From an uncultured Candidatus Actinomarina sp. (lineage in GTDB: Bacteria; Actinomycetota; Acidimicrobiia; Actinomarinales; Actinomarinaceae), in the NCBI GenBank assembly GCA_902634185.1, contig CACPJC010000003.1, positions 109,733 to 173,732 on the forward strand: a DNA stretch of 64,000 nucleotides, written 5' to 3'. A model generated the notes under the pieces. That model was not told where the DNA came from. It ran no database searches and saw only the letters and a list, made by a program, of their open reading frames with translations. Below, one piece after another: positions 38,345 through 48,716 of this stretch. The translations under genes were made by a program, and so were the position numbers. Positions within the stretch are counted from its first letter, which is position 1. Each line of letters starts with the position of its first letter.

Positions 38345-39395
38345 CTTTAAACTTTTTAAAAGACAAACAGTAAATGAACTATCAACTTTTTACTCTTTTT
38401 TAATAGGATTTATAATTGCCATAATTATTGGTTCGATAATATTACTTATACAGGACAAAAATCCAATAGATACTTTTTCATTAATGTTAAGACTCTCTGT
38501 GGGAAGTGTTAATAGCTTAAGCTCATCTTTAAATAAAGCGATTCCACTTATACTTGCTGGTCTGGGAATTTCTATTATTAATTCTGTCAAGTTATGGAAT
38601 ATTGGTGCAGAAGGCCAAATTTTCTTAGGGGCCATTGCAGTAAATTTTATTTACATAAATACTCAATTTAATAACCCCTCGTTTCATATTCTCGTTTTGC
38701 TCCTTGCTGGTTTTGTTGGTGGATCAGTTTGCATATTGATACCAGCAATAACAAAAGTAGTTTTTGGCGTAAATGAAATAATTACGACACTATTAACAAA
38801 CTATATAGTTTTTGGTGTGACAATTTTTCTTATTAATGGTCCATGGAAAGATCCTAAGTCTTTAAATTTTCCAGCTGCAGCATATGTCGGTGAGGAAGTA
38901 TTTTTACCGACAGTAATTGGGAAGCTTAGTTTTGGGTTTTTAATATGTATACTTTTTACTTTCGTAGCTCATTATCTCAAAAATAAATCTGTATTTGGTT
39001 TTGAAATGAGAATTGCTGGTGGGTCTGCAATGACTGCTATTTATGCAGGAATTAATGCAAAACAAAAAGCTTTTATTGCCATGTTGATTGGCGGAGGTTT
39101 TGCTGGACTTGCAGGTGCTATCGAATTGTTAAGCCAAACACACAGAGTCTCTACTGGAATTTCGCAAGGTTTTGGATATACGGCAATAATTGTTGCTGCA
39201 ATTACTGGCATGAGACCACTTGGAATTTTCTTAGTTGGTTCTTTATTTGGTGCTCTCTCAATTGGTGGATCTGTAATACAAACAATTGGAGTAAGTACTT
39301 ATATTGCAGATATAATTCAGGCTTCAACTCTTTTTGGTGCACTTATAATTCAATTTTTCTTTACTTATCAAATAAAAAGAGTAGAAAATGATTGA
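38337..39395 (+). CDS. Nucleoside ABC transporter permease
   Basis: WNIGAEGQ, NEIITTL, GFGYTAI; multi-TM. Confidence 0.93.
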   Translation: MNNFKLFKRQTVNELSTFYSFLIGFIIAIIIGSIILLIQDKNPIDTFSLMLRLSVGSVNSLSSSLNKAIPLILAGLGISIINSVKLWNIGAEGQIFLGAIAVNFIYINTQFNNPSFHILVLLLAGFVGGSVCILIPAITKVVFGVNEIITTLLTNYIVFGVTIFLINGPWKDPKSLNFPAAAYVGEEVFLPTVIGKLSFGFLICILFTFVAHYLKNKSVFGFEMRIAGGSAMTAIYAGINAKQKAFIAMLIGGGFAGLAGAIELLSQTHRVSTGISQGFGYTAIIVAAITGMRPLGIFLVGSLFGALSIGGSVIQTIGVSTYIADIIQASTLFGALIIQFFFTYQIKRVEND

Positions 39396-40311
39396 TATTC
39401 AACTTATTGGACTTTTAAATGCAACATTGCAAGCAGCAACTTTGTTATTCATTGCTGCATTGGGAGAATTAATTACCGAAAAATCTGGAATACTCAACCT
39501 TGGAGTAGAAGGTATGATCTCAGTTGGTGCGGTAACTGGCTTCATGACAGCAATTAATACGGAAAATATATTCCTGGCAGTTTTAGTTGGTGTTTTGTCT
39601 TCCTCTATCTTTGCATCAATACATGCACTTGTTACTGTTGTTTTAAAACAAGACCAAACAGTCTCAGGATTGATTCTTACAATTTTAGGTTTAGCCCTCT
39701 CATCATTACTTGGGAAAAATTACGTCGGAAGAAAGCTTGTTACAAAATTAGAAAGTGTTAGCTCAATAACAGAACCTTCAAATATAATTGAGGTCTTAAT
39801 CAGCCAAAATATAATCTTTTATTTAGCTGTTGTTTTAATGATATCTACATCCTTTGTATTAAAACGAACAATGTTTGGTAGAAGGCTTGAAGCTGTCGGG
39901 GAGGACTCTAAATCATCAGATTCAATGGGTTTAAAAGTTGCAAAAACACAATTTATCGCAACTTGTGTAGGAGGTGCATTTGCAGGACTTTCAGGTGTTT
40001 ATCTCACACTAAGTTATGTTCCATATTGGACTGATAACATGACTTCAGGAAGAGGCTGGATTGCTTTAGCACTTGTTATATTTGGGGGTTGGAAGCCATA
40101 TAGAACTGCTTTGGGTGCACTTTTGTTTGGATTTCTAGAAGCCTTGGTTCCAAGATTACAAACTTATGGTTTTGAATTAAGTCCTTACATAGTAAAAATA
40201 ACTCCATACGTAATTACGATTTTGGTTTTAGTTATTCTTACAATCTATAAAGGAGGAAAGACAGGAGCACCTAGAAATATTGGAGTTCCATTTTTTCGAG
40301 AAAATAGATAA
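39388..40311 (+). CDS. Nucleoside ABC transporter permease
   Basis: GELITEKSGILNLGVEG, GRGWIALALVIFGGWKP. Confidence 0.93.
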   Translation: MIDIQLIGLLNATLQAATLLFIAALGELITEKSGILNLGVEGMISVGAVTGFMTAINTENIFLAVLVGVLSSSIFASIHALVTVVLKQDQTVSGLILTILGLALSSLLGKNYVGRKLVTKLESVSSITEPSNIIEVLISQNIIFYLAVVLMISTSFVLKRTMFGRRLEAVGEDSKSSDSMGLKVAKTQFIATCVGGAFAGLSGVYLTLSYVPYWTDNMTSGRGWIALALVIFGGWKPYRTALGALLFGFLEALVPRLQTYGFELSPYIVKITPYVITILVLVILTIYKGGKTGAPRNIGVPFFRENR

Positions 40312-40335
40312 TTAACCAAACGTATTCAACAAGTT

Positions 40336-40344
40336 TGGTAATAT
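40336..40344 (+). promoter_or_regulatory. Extended -10 promoter of the pyr operon
   Basis: TG-G-TAATAT about 8 nt upstream of the PyrR hairpin. Confidence 0.5.
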
Positions 40345-40352
40345 ATATATAG

Positions 40353-40382
40353 CTTTAAACAATGTCAGCGAGCATTGAAAGG
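40353..40382 (+). promoter_or_regulatory. PyrR-binding RNA element overlapping the pyrR Shine-Dalgarno
   Basis: CTTTAA-A-CAATGT-CAGCGA-GCATTG-AAAGG: CUUUAA...AAAG lower stem and CNGNGA hexaloop of PyrR sites, directly upstream of pyrR. Confidence 0.8.
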
Positions 40383-40387
40383 ATAAA

Positions 40388-40864
40388 ATGACAATAGATA
40401 AAATTCTATTCCGCCTCAGTAAAGAAATCATTGAATCAAACACAGATAATCCATACTTATTAGGCATACCAAAAAGAGGAGATCTTCTAGCTCAAAGGAT
40501 ATCTAATAATTTATTGAGCGAAAACTTTAAACACGACATAGGAAAAGTAGATTACTTACCGTTCAGAGATGATTTAGATAAGAATCCAAAAAAGAACAAT
40601 CTTGCTATATCACCAAAAGATAGAGAAGTTATATTAATTGATGACGTTATTTATACCGGCAGAACATTAAGGGCATCTATTGAAGCTGTAATGTACTCTG
40701 GTCGACCTAAATCTATTTCACTTTTATGTTTAATTGACCGAGGACATAGAGAATTACCTATCACCCCTAAATTTGTAGGTAAAAATATACCAACTAATCA
40801 AGATGAGTATGTTTCCGTTTTTTTGAAAGAAATAGATAACGAAGACAAGGTCGAGGTTACATAG
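40388..40864 (+). CDS. pyrR: Pyrimidine operon regulator / uracil PRTase
   Basis: GIPKRG, FRDD, LIDDVIYTGRT, DRGHRELPI, VGKNIPT. Confidence 0.95.
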   Translation: MTIDKILFRLSKEIIESNTDNPYLLGIPKRGDLLAQRISNNLLSENFKHDIGKVDYLPFRDDLDKNPKKNNLAISPKDREVILIDDVIYTGRTLRASIEAVMYSGRPKSISLLCLIDRGHRELPITPKFVGKNIPTNQDEYVSVFLKEIDNEDKVEVT

Positions 40865-40866
40865 AA

Positions 40867-41745
40867 ATGAAACATCTTTTAGATTTTCAAGATGTAAACA
40901 AAAATCATTTAGAAAATCTAATTGACAAAACTAGAAGTCTTGAAGTTAAACTAGAAAATCTCGGCTCTTTAGCTCTATTAAAGTTTGACGAACCTTCAAC
41001 AAGAACGAGACTTTCTTTTGCAATAGCAGCAGATAAACTTGGAATTAAAACTTTCGAAACTTCAGATGTAGTATCGGCGAAACAAAAAGGGGAAATTCTT
41101 AAACATGAGATAGAGACATATGTTTCTATGGGTATTGAAGTTTTAGTATTAAGGACAAAAGAAAATAATATCGATGATTATCGAGAATTTAATAACATCA
41201 GTGTTATAAGTGCTGGTTTTGGAAATAAATCTCATCCAACTCAAGCATTGATAGATATATCTACACTATATAGCCTGAATAAAATCAATGAAAAACGTAC
41301 CCCTGTAACTTATGTTGGGGACGTAAAACATTCAAGAGTTTTTGAATCTGGAAGACAGCTCCTAAATATATTAGGATTCAAAGTTGGTGTCTTTACAGAT
41401 AAAAAACTATTACCCGACAATAAAAATGACCTTGAAATTTATCAATCATGGGATGAAGTATTTGAAAATTCTAACGCAATAGAACTTCTAAGAATACAGA
41501 AAGAAAGATTAGAAGACAATGAAGAACTAAGCTTTGACGAATACATAAATAGTTATCAACTTACAAATGAAGTTTTAAGTAAATCTCAAAGTGATTTAGC
41601 TGTTCTTCATCCAATGCCAATCAATATTGGTATTGAGATTTCTAAAGAAGCTATTGAAGATAGCAAAATGAAATATAAAGACCAGCTTTTACACGCAATA
41701 CCTTCACGAGTTACAGCCTTCAAATATGTAAGGGATGAAATATGA
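40867..41745 (+). CDS. pyrB: Aspartate carbamoyltransferase
   Basis: EPSTRTRLSF, HPTQAL, VGDVKHSRV, LRIQKER, HPMP. Confidence 0.93.
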   Translation: MKHLLDFQDVNKNHLENLIDKTRSLEVKLENLGSLALLKFDEPSTRTRLSFAIAADKLGIKTFETSDVVSAKQKGEILKHEIETYVSMGIEVLVLRTKENNIDDYREFNNISVISAGFGNKSHPTQALIDISTLYSLNKINEKRTPVTYVGDVKHSRVFESGRQLLNILGFKVGVFTDKKLLPDNKNDLEIYQSWDEVFENSNAIELLRIQKERLEDNEELSFDEYINSYQLTNEVLSKSQSDLAVLHPMPINIGIEISKEAIEDSKMKYKDQLLHAIPSRVTAFKYVRDEI

Positions 41746-42797
41746 TTGAAATTCCTGGATTTATCGATCTACATACCCATACAAGATATCCTGACAATAA
41801 TAAATTTCCTTTCATCGATATCGATGATTCAGCAATTAATGGTGGTTTCTCAACAATCCTCGCAATGCCAAATTCTGAAATACCTATTGACTCAATCAAA
41901 AACCTACGAATTGCAGAGGAAATAGACAAAAAATTAAAAACAAAGGTACACCGTGTTGGCTCATTGACCATAAATTTAGAAGGAAAAGAACTTGTTAATT
42001 ATAAAGAATTCGTTGAAAACGGTATCACAATTTTTTCAGATGATGGAAAATCTTTAATTGATGATCATTTAGCTGATGAGGCATTTAAACAAATTAGCAA
42101 ACTTGGTGGTGCAGTCTTTCAACATTGTGAAAAAAGTTGTCACTCCAAGCCTGGTGATATTGCTCCACCAAATAGTGATAGTGACTTGATTCCAATAAAT
42201 AATGATGAGGAGTTGGAAGTTCTTGAAAGAGACTTAAGTTTATCTGAAAAATACGGGACAAGATACCATGCTCAGCACCTTTCAACTTTTGAAAGTGTTC
42301 AGCTGATAAAAAAAGCAAAACAAGAGGGTCTTCCTGTCACTGCGGAAGTAACACCACATCATATACTTCTAAATAATGAAAATTTAGACACAAATAATGG
42401 ACTATTTAAGATGTACCCACCCCTCAGAACTGAAAAGGACAGAGAGGGATTGGTTGATGGCTTACAGTCTGAAATTATAGATGTCATTGCTACAGATCAC
42501 GCACCTCATAAAGCAGAAACTAAAAATGTCCCTTTTAAGGATGCTAATCGTGGCGTTGTTGGTCTTGAATCAGCTTTTCCCTTGATTTATAGTTCAAATA
42601 TTTTTGATATAGATCAAATGTTGAAATTTTTAGTCGTAAATCCTACAAAAATACTCAATGAACTTGGTTACGAAATTCCCAAGACGGTAAATACATGGAA
42701 GAAATCAAAGTCAGTTTTTATTACAAAATCAAAATTCAAAAATTCATTATTTGAAAATGAAAATATAGAAATTGTAAGGGTTCTTTCAGGTGTATAA
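41742..42797 (+). CDS. pyrC: Dihydroorotase
   Basis: PGFIDLHTH, AMPN, SDDG, EVTPHH, KMYPPLR, ATDHAPH. Confidence 0.93.
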   Translation: MIEIPGFIDLHTHTRYPDNNKFPFIDIDDSAINGGFSTILAMPNSEIPIDSIKNLRIAEEIDKKLKTKVHRVGSLTINLEGKELVNYKEFVENGITIFSDDGKSLIDDHLADEAFKQISKLGGAVFQHCEKSCHSKPGDIAPPNSDSDLIPINNDEELEVLERDLSLSEKYGTRYHAQHLSTFESVQLIKKAKQEGLPVTAEVTPHHILLNNENLDTNNGLFKMYPPLRTEKDREGLVDGLQSEIIDVIATDHAPHKAETKNVPFKDANRGVVGLESAFPLIYSSNIFDIDQMLKFLVVNPTKILNELGYEIPKTVNTWKKSKSVFITKSKFKNSLFENENIEIVRVLSGV

Positions 42798-43890
42798 AAA
42801 AGCAATTCTGTTGAATCAAAATGGTGATGAATTTCTAGGTTGGACAACTGAAATATTTGAGCCAACAACTGGAGAACTTATTTTCAATACAGCGATGACT
42901 GGGTTTGTCGAAATATTAAGTGATCCATCATATATAAATCAGATTGTAACTTTTACTTCCTCACATATAGGAAATTACGGTATGTCAAAAAATGATTTTG
43001 AATCCAATAAACCAAAAATTGAAGCAGCAATTGGAAATTCTTTTACAAACACTCCATCTTCATGGAGATCTGAGAAATCAATAACGTCATGGTTGAAAGA
43101 ATATGAGATTCCATACAGTGGTGGATTTGATGTAAGAAATATAACAAAATATCTAAGAGACAACGGTTCGAGTATGTTTGCACTTGGTATAGATGTCGAT
43201 ACAAGAGATTTAAAGGAAATTTTATCAAAAGCAAAAAATATTCTTGGTGACAGTTCAGCAATGACTGCAGGAAACCAGAATAATGAAAACACTCCAACTG
43301 AAGGAAAGATTGGAATTATAGATCTTGGAGCTAAAAGAAGCATTATAAAAGTGCTTGAAGACCATGATTACAAAGTTGTAATGATCTCCCCCTCTACGAC
43401 ATCAAATGAGATTTTAAAAATGAATTTAAAAGGTCTTTTAATTTCGAACGGACCAGGTGACCCAAGATCATTGCTTACAGTAATAGATACCGTTCAAAAC
43501 CTTATAGGAAAACTTCCAATATTTGGAATTTGTCTTGGTCATCAAATACTTGCTTTGGCTTGTGGTCTTAAAGTTAAAAAAATGCAATTTGGTCATCATG
43601 GTTCAAATCACCCAGTTGAAATAGAGGGAATAAAAAAAGCACTAATAACCGCACAGAACCATGGTTTCTCTATTGAGGAGTTTGAAGATGGGTTTGAGCA
43701 TGAAAATTTTGGAAACATTAGTGTCTTTGCAAGGAATTTAAATGATGGAACAAATGAAGGAATTAGTCTTTGGGATTCCATGGCGTACTCAGTTCAATTT
43801 CATCCAGAATCAGGACCTGGTACAACTGATGGATTACAAATTTTTAATCCTTTTTTTGAAATGATTGAGAATAACTATGGCAAAAAATAA
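42790..43890 (+). CDS. carA: Carbamoyl-phosphate synthase small subunit
   Basis: FNTAMTG, DPSY, SNGPGDP, GICLGHQ, QNHGF, QFHPE. Confidence 0.96.
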   Translation: MYKKAILLNQNGDEFLGWTTEIFEPTTGELIFNTAMTGFVEILSDPSYINQIVTFTSSHIGNYGMSKNDFESNKPKIEAAIGNSFTNTPSSWRSEKSITSWLKEYEIPYSGGFDVRNITKYLRDNGSSMFALGIDVDTRDLKEILSKAKNILGDSSAMTAGNQNNENTPTEGKIGIIDLGAKRSIIKVLEDHDYKVVMISPSTTSNEILKMNLKGLLISNGPGDPRSLLTVIDTVQNLIGKLPIFGICLGHQILALACGLKVKKMQFGHHGSNHPVEIEGIKKALITAQNHGFSIEEFEDGFEHENFGNISVFARNLNDGTNEGISLWDSMAYSVQFHPESGPGTTDGLQIFNPFFEMIENNYGKK

Positions 43891-46800
43891 AGAAATTAAG
43901 AGTATTTTGATAATTGGTTCGGGACCAATTGTTATAGGTCAAGCTTGCGAGTTTGATTATTCAGGATCTCAAGCAGCTAAAGCACTTAAAAAAGAAGGAT
44001 TTCGTGTAATTCTAGTTAATTCAAATCCAGCAACTATTATGACAGATCCAGAAATGGCACATGCCACATACATCGAGCCTTTAACTCACGACTACCTAAA
44101 AAAAATAATCGAAATAGAAAAGCCTGATGCTGTTTTACCAACATTAGGAGGACAAACTGCACTTAACTTATCGATTGAATTAGAAAAAAGTGGTGTTTTA
44201 AAAGAAAATAATGTGGAACTTCTTGGAGCCTCGGCCAATGCTATTGAGATTGCAGAAAACAGATGGAAATTTAAAGAAGCTATGGATGGAGTTGGTATTA
44301 AAACACTTAAGGCAACTTATGCTAAATCTTTTGATGAGGGAATAAGCGCTAGTAAAGAAATTGGTTTTCCATTAATGCTAAGACCATCATTTATTCTTGG
44401 TGGTGGTGGAACAAGTGTAGTGAATAATGAAGAAGACTTTAAATCAAAATTATCTGACGCGTTTAATGCTTCTCCTACTCAGGAAGTCTTAATTGAAGAA
44501 TCAATATATGGATGGAAAGAATTCGAACTTGAAGTAATGAGAGATAGTGATGGTAATGGTGTAATTGTTTGCGGAATAGAAAATTTTGATCCCATGGGTG
44601 TCCATACTGGAGACTCAATAACAGTTGCTCCTATTCAAACATTATCTGATAAAGAATATCAAACTATGAGGGATGAGGCACTACTTTGTTTGGACACTAT
44701 TGGAATAGCAACTGGTGGTAGCAATGTTCAATTTGCTATAAACCCTGAAAATGGAGATAGAAGAATAATTGAGATGAATCCTAGGGTCTCAAGGTCGTCT
44801 GCTCTAGCTTCAAAAGCAACTGGATTTCCTATTGCCAAGTTTGCTGCCCTGTTGGCAGTAGGTTACAACTTAACTGAACTTGAAAATGACATAACTGGAA
44901 CAACACCGGCTAGTTTTGAACCCGTCCAAGATTATGTTGTGGTTAAAATTCCTAGATTTGATTTTCCAAAATTTCCATCAACAGATGACATATTAGGCAC
45001 ATCAATGCAGAGTGTGGGTGAAGTTATGTCAATAGCTTCTACTTTTACAGAAAGCTTAACTAAAGCCATTAGGTCACTCGAAATTGGTAAATCAGGAATA
45101 AGAAATATAGACAATAGGTTTATAGGAATGCCAAAAGAAATTCTACAAGATGAAATCAGAACACCTAGACCTAGAAGAATATTTGCGATCCTTGAAGCGA
45201 TTAGAAGAAACTGGCCACTTGAAGACATAGCAAAAATATCCTCTGTAGATATATGGTTTTTACAAGAAATTGAAAAAAGTTTTAATGTTAACCCTGAAAA
45301 TACTCCATCCTCTGTTCTGAAAATGCTTGGATGGACGGAAGAAGATCTTGATAATAAAGAGTCTAAAAATGAATTAGAAAATAATAGAGTTTATAAGTTA
45401 GTTGATACATGTTCTGCAGAGTTCGAGTCCAAAACGCCTTACTTATATTCAACAAATGGTGTAAGTAACGACGATACAACAACTGACAAGAAGAAGGTTG
45501 TAGTTATTGGATCGGGTCCAAATAGAATTGGCCAAGGAATTGAGTTTGATTATTGCTGTGTTCATGGAATCAGTTCATTAAAAGAAAATGGATTTGAAGC
45601 AATAATGATAAACTCAAATCCGGAAACGGTTTCTACAGACTACGATACTGCAGATAAACTATATTTTGAGCCTCTTACATGGAGAGAAGTAAAATCTGTA
45701 CTAAATAGAGAAAAGCCTGATTCGGTAATAATTCAACTTGGAGGTCAAACTCCATTAAAACTTGCAAAAAATATATCCAAAGAAGGTTTTAATATTGCTG
45801 GATCATCATTAGATGTAATTGACAAAACAGAAGATAGAGATCTATTTCAAAAACTATGTTTAGATCAGAATATTCGACAACCAGAGTCTAAAATCGCAAA
45901 AAATGAGAATGAGTTAGTTGAAGCTGTAAAAGAAATAGGTTTTCCAGTCTTGTTACGGCCAAGTTATGTATTAGGTGGAAGAGCCATGAGAGTTGTTCAA
46001 AGTGATGAAGAACTTGAAAATTATTTGGATATATTAGCGAGTGCAGATGAAGATGGTAATCCATTTAAATCTGGTCCCCTTTTGGTTGATCAGTTTTTAA
46101 CGGACACTATTGAAATTGATGTTGACTTAATTTCTGATGGAAAAGAAGTTTATATTGCAGGAATTTTAGAACATCTTGAGCCTGCTGGAGTACATAGTGG
46201 TGATTCTACAGCGGTCATTCCACCTTATAGTGTTAATGAGGAAATGTTGAAAGAGGTAGAGGAAAAAAGTAAAAAGCTTGCTTTAGGTCTGAATGTAAAG
46301 GGACTTCTAAATATACAATTTGCCATTAAAGATGAAGAATTATTTATATTAGAGGCGAATCCTAGAGCATCAAGAACGATGCCATTTGTTGCAAAAGTAA
46401 CCGGCAATCAAATTATTAAAGCTGGAACATTATTAATGCTTGGTTATTCAATTGATGAAGTTAGAAATAAGACTAAATACTTGAGTAGTTCATCAAATAA
46501 AGTTGCAATTAAAAAGGCTATATTTCCATGGTCTAGATTTCCAGCTGAAGACACTATGTTAGGACCGGAAATGAAAGCAACTGGTGAAGTATTAGGAGTT
46601 GGAAAAGAGTTTGGTACTGCATTAAATAAAGCATATGCAGCTGCAGGTGTAGAAATTAATAATAAAGAGAAAGGGATATTTGTAACTTTAAGTGACAGCG
46701 AAAAGCCAAATTTTATTCAGACAGTCAATAAATATCTTGAACTTGGCTTCACACTTTACTCAACTGAAGGAACAGGAAAATTTCTTGAAACTAATGGTAT

Positions 46801-47059
46801 TGATTCAGTAATAGTTGGTAAAGCTGATGACTTAGGACAAACTTCGTTAACAATAATTGAAAATAAATTAGTTTCTTTAGTAATCAATACACCAACATAT
46901 GCAAATGAATTGTCAGATGGTTGGAAAATTAGACGTTTATCACATGAAACTGGAGTGGCGGTTGTTTCGTCTGTAAGAGAAGCTGATGCATTTATTGAAG
47001 CTTTTTTAAATCAGAACTTAGTGTTAGATGATCTGGAGGTCATACAAGATGTCAGTTAA
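43877..47059 (+). CDS. carB: Carbamoyl-phosphate synthase large subunit
   Basis: [52 protein letters not shown]-terminal MGS domain. Confidence 0.97.
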   Translation: MAKNKEIKSILIIGSGPIVIGQACEFDYSGSQAAKALKKEGFRVILVNSNPATIMTDPEMAHATYIEPLTHDYLKKIIEIEKPDAVLPTLGGQTALNLSIELEKSGVLKENNVELLGASANAIEIAENRWKFKEAMDGVGIKTLKATYAKSFDEGISASKEIGFPLMLRPSFILGGGGTSVVNNEEDFKSKLSDAFNASPTQEVLIEESIYGWKEFELEVMRDSDGNGVIVCGIENFDPMGVHTGDSITVAPIQTLSDKEYQTMRDEALLCLDTIGIATGGSNVQFAINPENGDRRIIEMNPRVSRSSALASKATGFPIAKFAALLAVGYNLTELENDITGTTPASFEPVQDYVVVKIPRFDFPKFPSTDDILGTSMQSVGEVMSIASTFTESLTKAIRSLEIGKSGIRNIDNRFIGMPKEILQDEIRTPRPRRIFAILEAIRRNWPLEDIAKISSVDIWFLQEIEKSFNVNPENTPSSVLKMLGWTEEDLDNKESKNELENNRVYKLVDTCSAEFESKTPYLYSTNGVSNDDTTTDKKKVVVIGSGPNRIGQGIEFDYCCVHGISSLKENGFEAIMINSNPETVSTDYDTADKLYFEPLTWREVKSVLNREKPDSVIIQLGGQTPLKLAKNISKEGFNIAGSSLDVIDKTEDRDLFQKLCLDQNIRQPESKIAKNENELVEAVKEIGFPVLLRPSYVLGGRAMRVVQSDEELENYLDILASADEDGNPFKSGPLLVDQFLTDTIEIDVDLISDGKEVYIAGILEHLEPAGVHSGDSTAVIPPYSVNEEMLKEVEEKSKKLALGLNVKGLLNIQFAIKDEELFILEANPRASRTMPFVAKVTGNQIIKAGTLLMLGYSIDEVRNKTKYLSSSSNKVAIKKAIFPWSRFPAEDTMLGPEMKATGEVLGVGKEFGTALNKAYAAAGVEINNKEKGIFVTLSDSEKPNFIQTVNKYLELGFTLYSTEGTGKFLETNGIDSVIVGKADDLGQTSLTIIENKLVSLVINTPTYANELSDGWKIRRLSHETGVAVVSSVREADAFIEAFLNQNLVLDDLEVIQDVS

Positions 47060-47687
47060 ACCAATTTTCTTTGCACTGGATGGTAAATCCCTAAAAGAAT
47101 TTAAAGAACAATTAGATATCTTAAAGGATCATATTTATGGGGTAAAAGTTGGATTAGAACTTTTTACTTCTGAAGGCCCTTCATGTGTTGAACAACTTAA
47201 GAATGATGGGTGGGTTGTTTTTTTAGATTTAAAACTACATGACATCCCAAACACTGTAGGTGAAGCGGCTGCTTCAGTTTCAAATATTGGAGCAGACTAT
47301 TTAACTTTACATATATCATCTGGGAAAGAAGCATTATCAGAAGCTGTGGATAAAAAAAGTAAAGATTTAAATCTTCTTGGAGTCAGTAGTGCTTTAACAA
47401 GTAAATCAGTTGATTCAAATACAAGCAAGATTGTTAAAGATGAGTTTCAAATAGCTAAAGACTCAAATTTAGAAGGCGTTATTTGTCCAGCATCTGAAAT
47501 TGCTAATACAGCAAATTTATTTGATCTAATTGTTACACCAGGCATTAGATTAGAAAATGATTTACATGGAGATCAAAAAAACATAACTACTCCTAAAAAG
47601 GCTATCGAGCTTGGAGCAAAATATATTGTTATGGGACGATCAATTAAAAATAATCCTGAAATGGTAATAAATGAATTAGAAGTATGA
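47049..47687 (+). CDS. pyrF: Orotidine-5'-phosphate decarboxylase
   Basis: [36 protein letters not shown]. Confidence 0.95.
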   Translation: MSVKPIFFALDGKSLKEFKEQLDILKDHIYGVKVGLELFTSEGPSCVEQLKNDGWVVFLDLKLHDIPNTVGEAAASVSNIGADYLTLHISSGKEALSEAVDKKSKDLNLLGVSSALTSKSVDSNTSKIVKDEFQIAKDSNLEGVICPASEIANTANLFDLIVTPGIRLENDLHGDQKNITTPKKAIELGAKYIVMGRSIKNNPEMVINELEV

Positions 47688-48361
47688 ATAAATTTATTGC
47701 AGCACCTTTTGGAAACTACATAAAGACTAAAAATACTATTTCCGTATCTGGTAGTTGGACTGTTGAAAAAAGAACAGGTCGAATTGTTCAAATAGTTAAA
47801 ACTTTACGATATACAAAACGTGGATGGGTTAACAAAATTGGTTTAAGAAATCCTGGTTTAACAATTGGGCTTCCTAAACATAAGACTGGTGAAGTCTTTT
47901 CAATTGCAGGAATAGAAAAAGATGACTGGAGATTATTTGCGGAGAGAATACCAAATGATTTCAATATTGAAGTCAATATGTCATGTCCAAATATAGACGC
48001 ACATTACATTGACGGAATTGAAGATTTTGAGCCAGATACAAGAAACTGGTACATAGGAAAAATTTCGCCACTTACTACTTTTCAGGAATTGGATGAGTAC
48101 ATCAACAAATTTAGATTCAAACAGATTCATGCATGCAATACATTACCAATAGATAAAGGAGGACTAAGTGGTAAAGAGTTAATCCCATATACTTCAAAGT
48201 TTGTTAAACACATTAAAGATTCTTATCCTGATATTGAAGTTATTGCAGGTGGAGGTATTGATTCTCTAAAAGATATAGAGTACTACAAAAATATTGGTGC
48301 CGATCATATTAGTTTGGGTACTGTTTGTTTCAATCCACTAAAATTAAGGAAGTTAATATGA
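47684..48361 (+). CDS. pyrD: Short dihydroorotate dehydrogenase (class 1-like)
   Basis: NKIGLRNPG, EVNMSCPN (catalytic Cys), KISP, NT, GGLSG, AGGGI; position in the pyr operon. Confidence 0.82.
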   Translation: MNKFIAAPFGNYIKTKNTISVSGSWTVEKRTGRIVQIVKTLRYTKRGWVNKIGLRNPGLTIGLPKHKTGEVFSIAGIEKDDWRLFAERIPNDFNIEVNMSCPNIDAHYIDGIEDFEPDTRNWYIGKISPLTTFQELDEYINKFRFKQIHACNTLPIDKGGLSGKELIPYTSKFVKHIKDSYPDIEVIAGGGIDSLKDIEYYKNIGADHISLGTVCFNPLKLRKLI

Positions 48362-48714
48362 ATTTATTTATTAAAGAAGATTTCATCTCTCATGCTGGCT
48401 TACCACTTACATGGAAAGTGGAATGTGATGCACTAGATGAAAATGACTACGAAGCATTAGCAAAAATAGTTAGTGAGAAAATGACTTTTAGAAATGTCAA
48501 AGGTATTCCACGTGGCGGCATACCGTTTGAAAAAGCATTAAAACCTTACTGTTCAAATAATGATACAGATCCACTACTAATTTGTGATGATGTTTATACA
48601 ACTGGTACTTCTATGAGAGAAGTCTATGAAGACGGAGCATTAGGTATTGTTGTATTCGCTAGAAATGAAATTCAAGATGACTGGGTTAAAGCTATTTGGC
48701 AGTTATCAATATAA
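48358..48714 (+). CDS. pyrE: Minimal phosphoribosyltransferase, probable orotate PRTase (118 aa)
   Basis: FISHAG (compare F.L.SG), GIPRGG, LICDDVYTTGTS, VVFAR; ATGA overlap with the pyrD stop. Confidence 0.7.
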   Translation: MNLFIKEDFISHAGLPLTWKVECDALDENDYEALAKIVSEKMTFRNVKGIPRGGIPFEKALKPYCSNNDTDPLLICDDVYTTGTSMREVYEDGALGIVVFARNEIQDDWVKAIWQLSI

Positions 48715-48716
48715 AG

